From: Alphaproteobacteria bacterium
GTDB taxonomy: Bacteria > Pseudomonadota > Alphaproteobacteria > RF32 > CAG-239
NCBI GenBank assembly: GCA_015062285.1
Contig: SUUY01000001.1
Span: 170,880-234,879 of the forward strand
Length of the DNA stretch: 64,000 bases
Direction: 5' to 3'
Positions within the stretch are counted from its first letter, which is position 1; each line of letters begins with the position of its first letter. Below, piece by piece: positions 51,452-61,058 of the stretch. A model generated the notes under the pieces. That model did not search any database, was not told the DNA's origin, and saw only the letters and a list, made by a program, of their open reading frames with translations. A program made the position numbers and the translations under genes.

Positions 51452-53260
51452 TCAGTTGTCGCCGATGCGTAAGGCTTCAATAAATGCAGACTGAGGAACT
51501 TCTACCTTGCCAAATTGACGCATGCGAAGCTTTCCTTTTTTCTGCTTATCCAGCAGTTTGCGTTTACGAGTAACGTCGCCACCATAGCATTTGGCGGTAA
51601 CATCTTTTCGTAGAGCCGAAATTGTTTCTCGGGCAACTACGCGTCCTCCGATTGTTGCTTGCAGAGGAATCTTAAATAAGTGTCTCGGGATTAGGTCTTT
51701 TAAGCGTTCGCAAATTTGTCGGCCTCTGGATTCAGCTTCGCTACGGTGGCACAAAAACGCCAAAGCATCAACAGGTTCTTCATTGATTAAAATTTGTACT
51801 TTTACCAAATCGGATTCCTGATATCCGATAAGTTCATAATCAAAGCTGGCATATCCGCTGGTAATTGATTTGAGACGATCATAAAAATCAAATACGATTT
51901 CGTTTAGCGGAATTTTGTAAACCACCATTGCACGAGAACCAACATACGTTAGTTCTACTTGTTCTCCTCGACGCTCGGTACAGAGCTTTAATACGGCACC
52001 TAAATAGGTGTCAGGTACCAAGATAGTGGCCTTAACCATTGGCTCTTCTATTGATCTGATTTGAGTAGGATCCGGCATATCTGCAGGATTATGCAAAGTG
52101 ATGTCCGTTCCGTTTGTCATGTGAATTTTATATGCTACTGACGGAGCGGTGGTAATCAGATCTAGATCAAACTCACGACCTAATCTTTCTTGAATAATCT
52201 CCATGTGTAAGAGACCTAAGAATCCACATCTGAAACCTAGCCCTAAGGCCGCAGAGTTTTCGTTTTGATAATCGATACTGGCATCATTTAATTTTAATTT
52301 TGCCAAAGCGTCTTTCAATAAGTCGTATTGACTTGAATCAACGGGGAAAATAGAGCAAAACACCACAGGAACAGAAGGCTTAAATCCTTGCAGAGGTTCA
52401 TCACATGGTTTTTTATTATCAGTAATGGTGTCTCCGATACTACAATCCCCAACACTCTTGATACTTGCAGTTATAAATCCTACTTCACCGGGGTATAAGG
52501 CATCAACGTCTGTCATTTTAGGAGAGAAAATACCAACTTTGTCTACTAAGTAAGTAGCATTATTGGACATCATGCGGATTTGTGTTTTTTTACGCAAGAT
52601 ACCGTCTTTTACTCGTACCAAAATAATTACGCCTAAGTAACTGTCGTACCAGCTGTCAATAAGCAAAGCTTTTAGTGGAGCATCTTCATCACCTTTAGGA
52701 GATGGTAGCTTATTAACAATTGCCTCTAATAAGTCAGGTACACCTAAGCCGGTTTTACCTGATGCTTCAACAGCATCAGATGTATCTATGCCGATCACAT
52801 CTTCAATTTGTGCTTTTACTTTATCCGGATCAGCTGAAGGAAGGTCAATTTTGTTTAGAACAGGTACGATTTCATGGTCGTTATCAATTGCCAAATATAC
52901 ATTGGCTAAAGTTTGAGCCTCAACACCTTGAGTTGCATCAACCACCAATACAGATCCTTCACAAGAAGCCAAAGAACGAGATACTTCGTAGGAAAAATCT
53001 ACGTGTCCGGGGGTGTCCATAAGGTTGAGTTGATAGGTGTTGCCGTTTTTAGCTTTATAGTTTAAGCGTACGGTTTGTGCCTTAATAGTAATACCTCTTT
53101 CTTTTTCTATATCCATATTATCCAAAACCTGTTCACTCATCTCACGTTTTTCAAGTCCGCCACAGGCTTCGATTAATCTGTCTGCTAAAGTAGATTTTCC
53201 ATGATCAATATGGGCTATGATTGCAAAATTTCTGATCAAGTCTAAATTATGTCCATTCAT
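51452..53260 (-). CDS. lepA: elongation factor 4 (LepA)
   Basis: [22 protein letters not shown]1 motif, DTPGHVDF, and the LepA-specific C-terminal domain. 602 aa. Confidence 0.97.
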   Translation of the reverse strand: MNGHNLDLIRNFAIIAHIDHGKSTLADRLIEACGGLEKREMSEQVLDNMDIEKERGITIKAQTVRLNYKAKNGNTYQLNLMDTPGHVDFSYEVSRSLASCEGSVLVVDATQGVEAQTLANVYLAIDNDHEIVPVLNKIDLPSADPDKVKAQIEDVIGIDTSDAVEASGKTGLGVPDLLEAIVNKLPSPKGDEDAPLKALLIDSWYDSYLGVIILVRVKDGILRKKTQIRMMSNNATYLVDKVGIFSPKMTDVDALYPGEVGFITASIKSVGDCSIGDTITDNKKPCDEPLQGFKPSVPVVFCSIFPVDSSQYDLLKDALAKLKLNDASIDYQNENSAALGLGFRCGFLGLLHMEIIQERLGREFDLDLITTAPSVAYKIHMTNGTDITLHNPADMPDPTQIRSIEEPMVKATILVPDTYLGAVLKLCTERRGEQVELTYVGSRAMVVYKIPLNEIVFDFYDRLKSITSGYASFDYELIGYQESDLVKVQILINEEPVDALAFLCHRSEAESRGRQICERLKDLIPRHLFKIPLQATIGGRVVARETISALRKDVTAKCYGGDVTRKRKLLDKQKKGKLRMRQFGKVEVPQSAFIEALRIGDN

Positions 53261-53430
53261 ATTACTGATAACCTTCTGAATATACCTATTTAAGTTAATA
53301 TTGAAAATATCTGAATTTTTTTATTTCGCAACTCAAATTTTCATAAAACCAAATGTCTATTCTATGGATTGACTATTGAACAGAAAATAGGTTATAATCA
53401 AAGTATCAATATTATTAGGAGTATGGCACA

Positions 53431-53868
53431 ATGAAAAAGATGATAGACATTGATTTCGGTTCTACTCGTTATGACGAGTTGGTCGAGCTAAGGTACAAAA
53501 TTTTATTGGAACCCTTGGGGTTAAAGTTCTTAGATGCACATCGTGCCAAAGAAATGAATTATCTTCACATCGGTTGTATAGAATCTTTAGATGATAAGCT
53601 CATTGGCGGCTTGATGTTGGCTCCTATAGATAATGAAACGGTCAGATTGATGGAAGTTTGTGTTGAAACCAAATATCAAAGAGAAGGTATTGGTCGAGCT
53701 ATGGTGCAATACGCCGAAGCTCAAGCAAAAGAAGTAGGCTATTCAACAATGGTTATGCATGCCAGATTAACTGCAGTTAATTTTTATGAAAAATGCGGTT
53801 TTCATCAAGAAGGCGATATATTTGAAGAACAGGGTCTTACCTTTGCTCGAATGGTTAAAGAGCTATAA
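53431..53868 (+). CDS. GNAT-family N-acetyltransferase
   Basis: 145 aa with acetyl-CoA motif A YQREGIGRAMV and the C-terminal Y.K.GF pattern. Confidence 0.7.
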   Translation: MKKMIDIDFGSTRYDELVELRYKILLEPLGLKFLDAHRAKEMNYLHIGCIESLDDKLIGGLMLAPIDNETVRLMEVCVETKYQREGIGRAMVQYAEAQAKEVGYSTMVMHARLTAVNFYEKCGFHQEGDIFEEQGLTFARMVKEL

Positions 53869-53981
53869 GTTTAATGAAATTAAATATATATGCTGATTGT
53901 TATGCGATATTTTTTATTTTACTAGAATCTTAATAATTATTTGTTATACTCATTTTATTACATAATTTGGGAGAGTAATGA

Positions 53982-55175
53982 ATGGGAAGAGCAATAATTT
54001 TAGTGATGGATTCATTTGGCATTGGCGGGGCTCCCGATGCACCTCAATATAATGACAATGGAGCTAATACGCTGGGTAATATAGCTAAACAAAATTTAGG
54101 GTTGAATATTCCGAATTTGGTAAGTTTGGGTTTGGCTAAAGCTGCGGAAGAAGCTTGTGGATATGCTCCTAAATTAGGATTGCAAGATCGTCCGAAATTA
54201 TCATTTACAGCTAAATACGGCCACGCTAAAGAGATTAGCCGAGCAAAAGATACAACATCAGGACATTGGGAGATTGCAGGTGTTCCGGTGCTAAAAGAGT
54301 GGGGATATTTTCCGAAAAAATATCCGTCTTTTCCTGCAGAATTGATTGCGAAGATTTGTGAGCGAGCAAATATTGAAGGAATCTTGGGAAACAAAGCAGC
54401 ATCAGGAACTGAAATTATTAAAGAATTGGGTGAAGAACATATAAAGACCGGAAAGCCGATTTTTTATACTTCGGTCGACAGTTGCTTGCAAATAGCCGCA
54501 CATGAGAAATATTTTGGTTTGCAAAAACTTTATGATTTGTGTCAGATTGCATTTGAAGAAGTTAAACCATATAGAATTGCAAGAATTATTGCTAGGCCTT
54601 TTGTTGGAGAGCATCCTCAAGATTTTGTAAGAACAGGGAATCGACACGATTATTCCGTTTCACCTTTTGAAACAACAATTTTAGATAAGATTAAGAATGC
54701 AGGAAATCAAGTTATAGCTATTGGAAAGATCAGCGATATTTATGCAGGGCAAGGTGTAACAAAAAAGGTTTTGGCTAACGGACTAGAAGAATTGTGGGAT
54801 AAAACATTATCTGAAATTAAAACTGCTCCTGATAATAGCTTGATATTTACCAATTTTGTGGATTTTGATATGTTATATGGACATCGCCGAGATGTGAAAG
54901 GTTATGCCAGAGCATTGGAATATTTTGATCGAAGATTATCGGAAATTGCAGATGTTTTGCAAGATGATGATATTGTTTTTATTACCGCTGATCATGGCAA
55001 TGATCCTACCTATGTGGGAACAGATCATACAAGAGAGCAAGTACCGATTATTATGTTTGGAAGAAAAGTAAAACCGGAAAATATCGGACAAAGAAATACA
55101 TTTGCCGATGTTGCTCAAACATTGGCGGAGTTCTTTGAGGTTGAACCGTTTGAATATGGAAAATCATTTTTGTAA
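53982..55175 (+). CDS. deoB: phosphopentomutase
   Basis: 397 aa. ILVMDSFGIG N-terminus and the ITADHGNDPT metal-site motif. Confidence 0.9.
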   Translation: MGRAIILVMDSFGIGGAPDAPQYNDNGANTLGNIAKQNLGLNIPNLVSLGLAKAAEEACGYAPKLGLQDRPKLSFTAKYGHAKEISRAKDTTSGHWEIAGVPVLKEWGYFPKKYPSFPAELIAKICERANIEGILGNKAASGTEIIKELGEEHIKTGKPIFYTSVDSCLQIAAHEKYFGLQKLYDLCQIAFEEVKPYRIARIIARPFVGEHPQDFVRTGNRHDYSVSPFETTILDKIKNAGNQVIAIGKISDIYAGQGVTKKVLANGLEELWDKTLSEIKTAPDNSLIFTNFVDFDMLYGHRRDVKGYARALEYFDRRLSEIADVLQDDDIVFITADHGNDPTYVGTDHTREQVPIIMFGRKVKPENIGQRNTFADVAQTLAEFFEVEPFEYGKSFL

Positions 55176-55184
55176 GGAAGACAA

Positions 55185-55928
55185 ATGACTTGGTTTGCAA
55201 CAAATTTACCTAGGCAAAAGCATTGTTTTTTTGGTTCTGAAGGTGGAGTTTCCAGAGGATTTTATCAGGGGCTCAATGTAAATACCAAAAGCGATGATGA
55301 TAAAATTTGTCTGAAAACTAATTTAGATAATGTAGCTCGATATTTTGGTCTGAACTACGAAAATTTATTGCTCTTAAACCAAGGAGTTAGTGCTAATGTT
55401 GAGTATATTAGCTCTCCTTCGCAAGATGAGGTTTGGGCAGATGGTGCTGTTACGGATCAGAAAAACATAATATTATGCATCAGAACCGCAGATTGTGCTC
55501 CGGTGTTGTTGGCGGATTATGAAAATGGTATTATAGGTGCGTCTCATGCCGGTTGGCGAGGTGCATTTGCCGGAGTGATTGAAAATACTGTTGATTTGAT
55601 GCTTGCCAAAGGTGCAGATATAAAAAATATTGTTGCGGCTGTGGGACCTTGTATTGCACAAAAATCATATGAAGTGGATCAACAATTTTATGATACGATA
55701 GGTGTTCCCGCTTTTTTTGAGGCAGGCAAAGTCGGTCATTGGCAATTCGATTTGGAAGCGTACTGCATTGATAAACTTAAGAAGTGCGGTATAAATAATA
55801 TTGAGGCTTCAGGCATTGATACATATTCTGAGACTGAAAAATATTATAGCTTTAGGCGTTTTACTCATCAAAAATTGGTAAAAAATCCTAGGTGTTTTCC
55901 AACAGAAATGTCAGCAATCGTTTTATAA
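55185..55928 (+). CDS. pgeF: peptidoglycan editing factor PgeF / YfiH (DUF152, laccase-domain protein)
   Basis: 247 aa. RTADCAPVLL, ASHAGWRG and the C-terminal YSFRR pattern of the YfiH family. Confidence 0.75.
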   Translation: MTWFATNLPRQKHCFFGSEGGVSRGFYQGLNVNTKSDDDKICLKTNLDNVARYFGLNYENLLLLNQGVSANVEYISSPSQDEVWADGAVTDQKNIILCIRTADCAPVLLADYENGIIGASHAGWRGAFAGVIENTVDLMLAKGADIKNIVAAVGPCIAQKSYEVDQQFYDTIGVPAFFEAGKVGHWQFDLEAYCIDKLKKCGINNIEASGIDTYSETEKYYSFRRFTHQKLVKNPRCFPTEMSAIVL

Positions 55929-56003
55929 CTCAGTTATAAATCTTTTATTTTATCAAAAATAAATTATACTAAATTTATTGTTGTAACAGAAAATTAGGTT
56001 TAG

Positions 56004-57170
56004 ATGTCCCCTCTCGGAAAACTTACTTTTGCCATTATCGGTCTGCGTCTGTTTGGTGCGGAGGGTTTTTTTGTGGGTATGTTTTTGGGGCATTTTATTG
56101 TAGACAGAACCCATTTGATTGTTTCTTTGGAACGAAGACTAAGTATTATTGACGATAATATTCGCCTAATGTTACCCTATCGTTATTATCGCTATTATAA
56201 TCGAATTGACGGTAATTTTTGGGGCAAGATATGGGGGATGATTGTTGGTGGTACGTTATATGGTTTGAATGGCTTAATTTTGCTTTTTATTCTGGGGCAT
56301 TTTATTTTTGATACTCCTAAAAGTCATCATGCAACCCGATGGCGTAAGAAGTTTGATCATTTTTGGGATAATCATTGGGGCAAAATTGCCGGTGCAATAG
56401 TAGGGTTTGTATGTCAAAGCAAAATTATTCTTTTTTGCGGAGTGGTTATCGGTTTTTTTGTTGACTATTACCGAATGGAAAATGCTACCTTAATTCCCTT
56501 TGAGCCGATTAGGAGGTTTTGGAAAAAAATTAATCCGTTAAAGCTTTGGCGGCATTCAAAAGAGGCAAGGCATGTTGCTTTTATTAGGGCAATGGCCGGT
56601 CTTGCGGCAAAAGTCGCTAAATCAGATGGGCAGGTAAGTGAGCAGGAGATTAGAGCATTTAAGAAAATTTTTGTAGTAAAAGAAGAAGAAACCTCATATG
56701 TGGCAAAAACTTTTAATGATGCTAAGAAAAGCACTAAAGGAATAGAAAAATATGCTGCAATAATTAAAGATATTTGTGCCGGCAATTTAGAAATGCAAGA
56801 AAGTGTTGTCGAAAATTTATTTAAAATTGCGGTTGCAGACGGAAAAATAAATAATGATGCATTAGAGTTATTGAAAAAAATTTCATTAATAGTTGGTTTG
56901 CCGGAAGGGAATTTTGAAATAATTAAGGATATATATTTGCCTAAAGCCAAAAGTAAGATGATTCAAGATTACTACGATGTACTTGGAGTATTATATACGG
57001 CAACAGATGCCGAAATTAAAGCAAAATGGAAAAAACTTATTATTCAATATCATCCGGATCGACAACAGGCCAAAGGAGCATCAGTCAAAGAAATTGAAAT
57101 AGCAACGGCAAAAATGGCTGAGATTAATTTGGCGTATCAGGAGATTGTAAAAATGAGGTCCGGAAAATGA
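56004..57170 (+). CDS. djlA: DjlA-like membrane co-chaperone (triplicated N-terminal TM module, TerB-like domain, J domain)
   Basis: C-terminal J domain DYYDVLGV...YHPDR. Central TerB-like AKSDGQVSEQEI. The N-terminus has three copies of WGKI.G..VG...(I/L)GHF(I/V)(F/V)D. Confidence 0.75.
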   Translation: MSPLGKLTFAIIGLRLFGAEGFFVGMFLGHFIVDRTHLIVSLERRLSIIDDNIRLMLPYRYYRYYNRIDGNFWGKIWGMIVGGTLYGLNGLILLFILGHFIFDTPKSHHATRWRKKFDHFWDNHWGKIAGAIVGFVCQSKIILFCGVVIGFFVDYYRMENATLIPFEPIRRFWKKINPLKLWRHSKEARHVAFIRAMAGLAAKVAKSDGQVSEQEIRAFKKIFVVKEEETSYVAKTFNDAKKSTKGIEKYAAIIKDICAGNLEMQESVVENLFKIAVADGKINNDALELLKKISLIVGLPEGNFEIIKDIYLPKAKSKMIQDYYDVLGVLYTATDAEIKAKWKKLIIQYHPDRQQAKGASVKEIEIATAKMAEINLAYQEIVKMRSGK

Positions 57171-57889
57171 AAAAGATGCTTTTGAGCCATTGTAGTAGTC
57201 GCGATATTAAAGTTGATATGTTGGTTTTGCATTGTTCTGCACAGCCTGCTGAACAAATGGTAAAGTTGTTAGATGATCTTAAGTTAAGTACGCATTACAT
57301 AGTGGGGGAGAGAGGCGAGATAATTCAATGCGTGGAAGAAGATAAGTCTGCGTGGCATGCCGGAAAAAGTTTTTGGCGAGGATATGAAAATATAAATTCT
57401 CGTTCTATAGGAATCGAACTGTGTTCTGAAACCTTAGGACAAAAACCTTATAATGAAGAACAAATAATATCGGTAAGCAGTCTTTGTAAAACTATCATAA
57501 AAAAGTATGGTATAAATCCTTATAATGTGGTGGGGCACTCTGATATTGCTCCAAGTCGAAAACCGGATCCGGGAATTGCTTTTCCATGGAAGAAACTTGC
57601 AAAAGAAGGAATCGGTTTGTGGTATGATTTAAAAGATGCTAATAAGGTAAAGACAAGTAATGTTGCAGAATTACTTGCAATGATAGGTTACGACACATCA
57701 GATGAGAATATTTTGCAAGCGTCGGTATATGCATTTTGTCGGCGTTTTTTACCGGAAATGGTGGCTGTCGATAATGATATTATGCATTTGGTAGATAATG
57801 TTTTTCCTCATGATTTTTCATTTGATGATAATGAAAAGTTTATTTTGGCATTAAAAGCGTGTGCCTATAAATATTCTGCAAAAATATAA
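57167..57889 (+). CDS. ampD: N-acetylmuramoyl-L-alanine amidase (Amidase_2, AmpD-like)
   Basis: LHCSA...STHY.V...GEI.Q.V.E...AWHAG.S.W.G....N..SIGIEL and GHSDIAP.RK.DPG. ATGA overlap with djlA. Confidence 0.75.
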   Translation: MKKMLLSHCSSRDIKVDMLVLHCSAQPAEQMVKLLDDLKLSTHYIVGERGEIIQCVEEDKSAWHAGKSFWRGYENINSRSIGIELCSETLGQKPYNEEQIISVSSLCKTIIKKYGINPYNVVGHSDIAPSRKPDPGIAFPWKKLAKEGIGLWYDLKDANKVKTSNVAELLAMIGYDTSDENILQASVYAFCRRFLPEMVAVDNDIMHLVDNVFPHDFSFDDNEKFILALKACAYKYSAKI

Positions 57890-57965
57890 AAAATTTACTC
57901 AATATTAAAATACTGAAACTAAAATATTAGTATGTGGTACTAGTACTTTTTAGGAAGATAATAAA

Positions 57966-59462
57966 ATGCTTAGTCTTAAACATATTGCTGTTAGCTCGTT
58001 TAATGAAAATATTGCGTATGTGCATAAAGATTGTGAAGCCTATAAAATAGATGATATTAAAAATCTGACCAAAGTGGAAATACATGGCGGAGTCAAACCG
58101 ATTTATGCTTTTTTGCAAGTTTGTGATGATCCTAAACTTGTTAAGCCAAATGAATTAGGGTTAAATACAGAAGCATTTAAATTGATAAATCTTCCGGAAG
58201 GGGCAAATATTTCTTTAACACTTGCTCCGATTGCAACAAGTTTGGCATCTATTAAACGTAAAATAAGCGGAAATATTTTAAGTGCCGGTGAATATGCTTC
58301 TATTATTAATGATATTGCTGCGCACAGATATTCTAATATGGATATTGCTTCATTTTTGGTGGCATCGGGTTCTTTTATGACTGCTCCGGAAGTATTGGCG
58401 TTGACAGAGGCTTTAATTGGTGAAGAGGTTATTCGTTGGGATAATGAAAATATTGTGGTTGATTTTCATTGTTTGGGTGGTATTCCCGGAAACAAGACAG
58501 ATTTGATAATTACGGCAATAGCTGCAGCATATGGTTTACCAATGCCGAAAACTGCCGCGAAGTCTCTTACTTCGTGTGCGGGTGTTGCAGATACATTTTC
58601 TGTGTTGGCTAATGTGAATTTAGACGAGACAGATCTCAAAAGAATGGTGAAAGAGAACAGGGGAGCAATAGCCGATTACAGCAAATTGCCGATAGCAACA
58701 TCAAGCAAAATCATATCATCGGTGGAAAGGCATTTGGGGTTGCTTCAGCCTCAACACTTGGCTGCTTCAATATTAGCTATTAAGATTGCATCAGGAGTTA
58801 CGCATTTGGTTTTGGATATTCCGGTAGGACCAAATTCGAGAATAAAATCAACAAATGAAGCAATGCGGTTGCGTAAACTAATAGAATATGTTGGCGATAT
58901 GCTGTCATTGGAGATAGATGTTGTGATTACTGACGGAAGTGAGCCTATCGGTAATGGTATTGGGGCTGTTTTGGAAGCGAGAGATATTATGAAAATTTTG
59001 CGCAACAAGGAAGATGCTCCGCAAGATTTGCTTGAAAAGTCTTTGTTTCTAGCCGGAAGAGTGTTGGAATTTGATCCGCAACTAAGGGGAGGACAAGGAT
59101 ATGCTGTTGCTAAAGAAATTTTACTTTCGGGAAGAGCTTTGGAGGCAATGAATAAAATTATCTATGCTCAAGGTAAAGCTCCTCAGCCAAAACTAGGAAA
59201 CCTAACCAGAGATATTGTTGCTTCTCAAGCGGGAGTTATTGAAAGTATAGATAATACGAGAATTAATAAAATTGGTGTGTTGGCAGGCGCAGGACAATAT
59301 GCAGGTGCAGGTTTGGATTTACTTAAAAAAGTTGGTGATAGTGTAGAACAAGGAGAAACATTATATAGGATTCACTCTGTGAGTGCGACAGATTTTGCAT
59401 TTGCAAATTCGGTAGTTGATGGCAACAACGGTTATGAGATAAACACTAAAGGTTCTTACTGA
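57966..59462 (+). CDS. thymidine phosphorylase family protein, long (~500 aa) form with an N-terminal extension
   Basis: 498 aa. The pyrimidine-nucleoside phosphorylase core (GGIPGNKTDL, glycosyltransferase family 3 fold) is preceded by an ~85-aa extra domain, as in AMP-phosphorylase-like members. Confidence 0.75.
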   Translation: MLSLKHIAVSSFNENIAYVHKDCEAYKIDDIKNLTKVEIHGGVKPIYAFLQVCDDPKLVKPNELGLNTEAFKLINLPEGANISLTLAPIATSLASIKRKISGNILSAGEYASIINDIAAHRYSNMDIASFLVASGSFMTAPEVLALTEALIGEEVIRWDNENIVVDFHCLGGIPGNKTDLIITAIAAAYGLPMPKTAAKSLTSCAGVADTFSVLANVNLDETDLKRMVKENRGAIADYSKLPIATSSKIISSVERHLGLLQPQHLAASILAIKIASGVTHLVLDIPVGPNSRIKSTNEAMRLRKLIEYVGDMLSLEIDVVITDGSEPIGNGIGAVLEARDIMKILRNKEDAPQDLLEKSLFLAGRVLEFDPQLRGGQGYAVAKEILLSGRALEAMNKIIYAQGKAPQPKLGNLTRDIVASQAGVIESIDNTRINKIGVLAGAGQYAGAGLDLLKKVGDSVEQGETLYRIHSVSATDFAFANSVVDGNNGYEINTKGSY

Positions 59463-59464
59463 GT

Positions 59465-60061
59465 ATGAGTTTTCCTACCAAAAATGAAGCTTTAGAAGAG
59501 TTATATTTAGCAGAAAAATTAAACCCGGGAAAATGGGTATATCATTCAGAGAAAGTTGCCGAGGTTTGTGAAAAAATTGCCCAAAAGTGTGGTTTAGATG
59601 TGGATAAAGCATATATATTTGGTCTGTTGCACGATATTGGTCGCAGAGTAGGAATTTGCGGACAATATCATATATATGCCGGATATGTATATTGCAAGAA
59701 TAAAGGTTGGGATGAGATTGCCAAAATTAGTTTGACACATTCGTATGTTTTGAATGATGCCAGTATCGGAAGTTCTGTTTATGATGGTGATGATGAGGAA
59801 TGGAAATTTATTGAAAAATATATCAGAGATACAGAATATGACGATTATGATAAGCTTGTTCAATTAGCTGATTCTATGGTGAGCGGTGAAGGTATCTGCA
59901 TTATAGAGCGCAGAATGGTCGATGTTGCAATGCGATATGGAATAATGCCTGAAATGTTGAAGAAATGGCTAAAGATATTTGATTTAAAGCGATATTTTGA
60001 TACAAAATGTGGACAATCGGTTTATGATTTGTTTCCGGAGGTTAAAGAAAATTTAGAATGA
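59465..60061 (+). CDS. HD-domain phosphohydrolase
   Basis: 198 aa with the HD signature FGLLHDIGR. Starts 2 nt after the phosphorylase stop. Confidence 0.6.
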   Translation: MSFPTKNEALEELYLAEKLNPGKWVYHSEKVAEVCEKIAQKCGLDVDKAYIFGLLHDIGRRVGICGQYHIYAGYVYCKNKGWDEIAKISLTHSYVLNDASIGSSVYDGDDEEWKFIEKYIRDTEYDDYDKLVQLADSMVSGEGICIIERRMVDVAMRYGIMPEMLKKWLKIFDLKRYFDTKCGQSVYDLFPEVKENLE

Positions 60062-60960
60062 AAAAATTACGAATTGCAATAGTCGGTTGTAAGAATATGG
60101 GGCAAAAGCATTTAAGATGTTTGCGTAATAATTTTTCCGATGAAGTTCGAGTGGTTGGTATTTTAAATTCAACACCGGAATCTACGATGAAAGTGGCTCT
60201 AGAGTTTGATGTTTCACCTTTAGAAAGTATTAGTTTTATTACTCGGCGTAATATTGATGCTGTTATTGTTGCTACTCCTTTGGAGCACCATTATGATATA
60301 GCTAAAATGTTATTGAAAAAGAAAATTCCATTGTTGGTAGAGAAACCTTTTGCAGAGACAGAAGATCAATGTTATGAACTTGCACAGTTGGCTAAAGAAA
60401 AAAATGTTCCTTTGTTAATAGGACATACAGAAAATTATAATCCTGCCGTTGTAATGCTAAAACAGAAATTGGAGGGGAAGATAAAGAGTGTTGCTGCGAT
60501 TAGAACATCAAATAATCCAGGTGTGAAAAAAACTCATATTATATCTGAACTGATGATTCATGATTTGGCGATAGTGCAATCTTTGATTGATGATGATTGG
60601 AATGAGATTCGGGTAAATAAAGATGACAGATATCGCTGGGATGAACATGCTATTGTTGAAATGAAGCATAATGCTGGAACTATTGTGAGACTTGAAGCTT
60701 TGCGTCATCAAGATGCAGAACTTAAAAGGCAAATGAGAATTATTGACTATAAAAATAATATTTGGCAAATTAATTTTATGGAACGAAAGCTAATCAAAAA
60801 TGATCAGGTTTTGTGTTCTGGAGGGGATTCCTTGAAAAATGAGTTAAGAAATTTTGTTGATATATTACAATGTAAATCGAAGTTGCAAGTAGAGATAGAA
60901 GAAGCTTGTCAGGTGGTTAATTTATGCAATAAATTAGAAATTATAAATAAAAATCAGTAA
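60058..60960 (+). CDS. Gfo/Idh/MocA-family NAD(P)-dependent oxidoreductase
   Basis: Rossmann N-terminus LRIAIVGCKNMGQKH, EKP motif (LLVEKPF). ATGA overlap with the HD gene. Confidence 0.65.
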   Translation: MKKLRIAIVGCKNMGQKHLRCLRNNFSDEVRVVGILNSTPESTMKVALEFDVSPLESISFITRRNIDAVIVATPLEHHYDIAKMLLKKKIPLLVEKPFAETEDQCYELAQLAKEKNVPLLIGHTENYNPAVVMLKQKLEGKIKSVAAIRTSNNPGVKKTHIISELMIHDLAIVQSLIDDDWNEIRVNKDDRYRWDEHAIVEMKHNAGTIVRLEALRHQDAELKRQMRIIDYKNNIWQINFMERKLIKNDQVLCSGGDSLKNELRNFVDILQCKSKLQVEIEEACQVVNLCNKLEIINKNQ

Positions 60961-60977
60961 AAAAACGCGTTGAACTA

Positions 60978-61006
60978 TTGCATCAATAAAAATTCGTCCC
61001 TATATA
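60978..61006 (+). promoter_or_regulatory. candidate sigma70-type promoter of dnaK
   Basis: TTGCAT (60978-60983), 17-nt spacer, TATATA (61001-61006). About 50 nt upstream of the dnaK ATG. Confidence 0.45.
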
Positions 61007-61058
61007 AAAACTAGAAAGAAAAAAGTAACAAGTTTTTATAATAAAAGGATGAAAAAAT

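Noticed and set aside
51141-51494. 117-aa + strand ORF spanning the ettA 3' end, the repeat copy and the lepA 3' end.
   Set aside because: It overlaps two certain CDSs in other frames or on the other strand, and it reads through a repeat and a hairpin. No start context.
60969-61008. RpoH (sigma32) heat-shock promoter upstream of dnaK (gTTG ... CCCTATAT).
   Set aside because: The spacer between TTG and CCCTATAT is about 25 nt, well beyond the roughly 13-18 nt expected. A sigma70-like TTGCAT-17-TATATA fits better.
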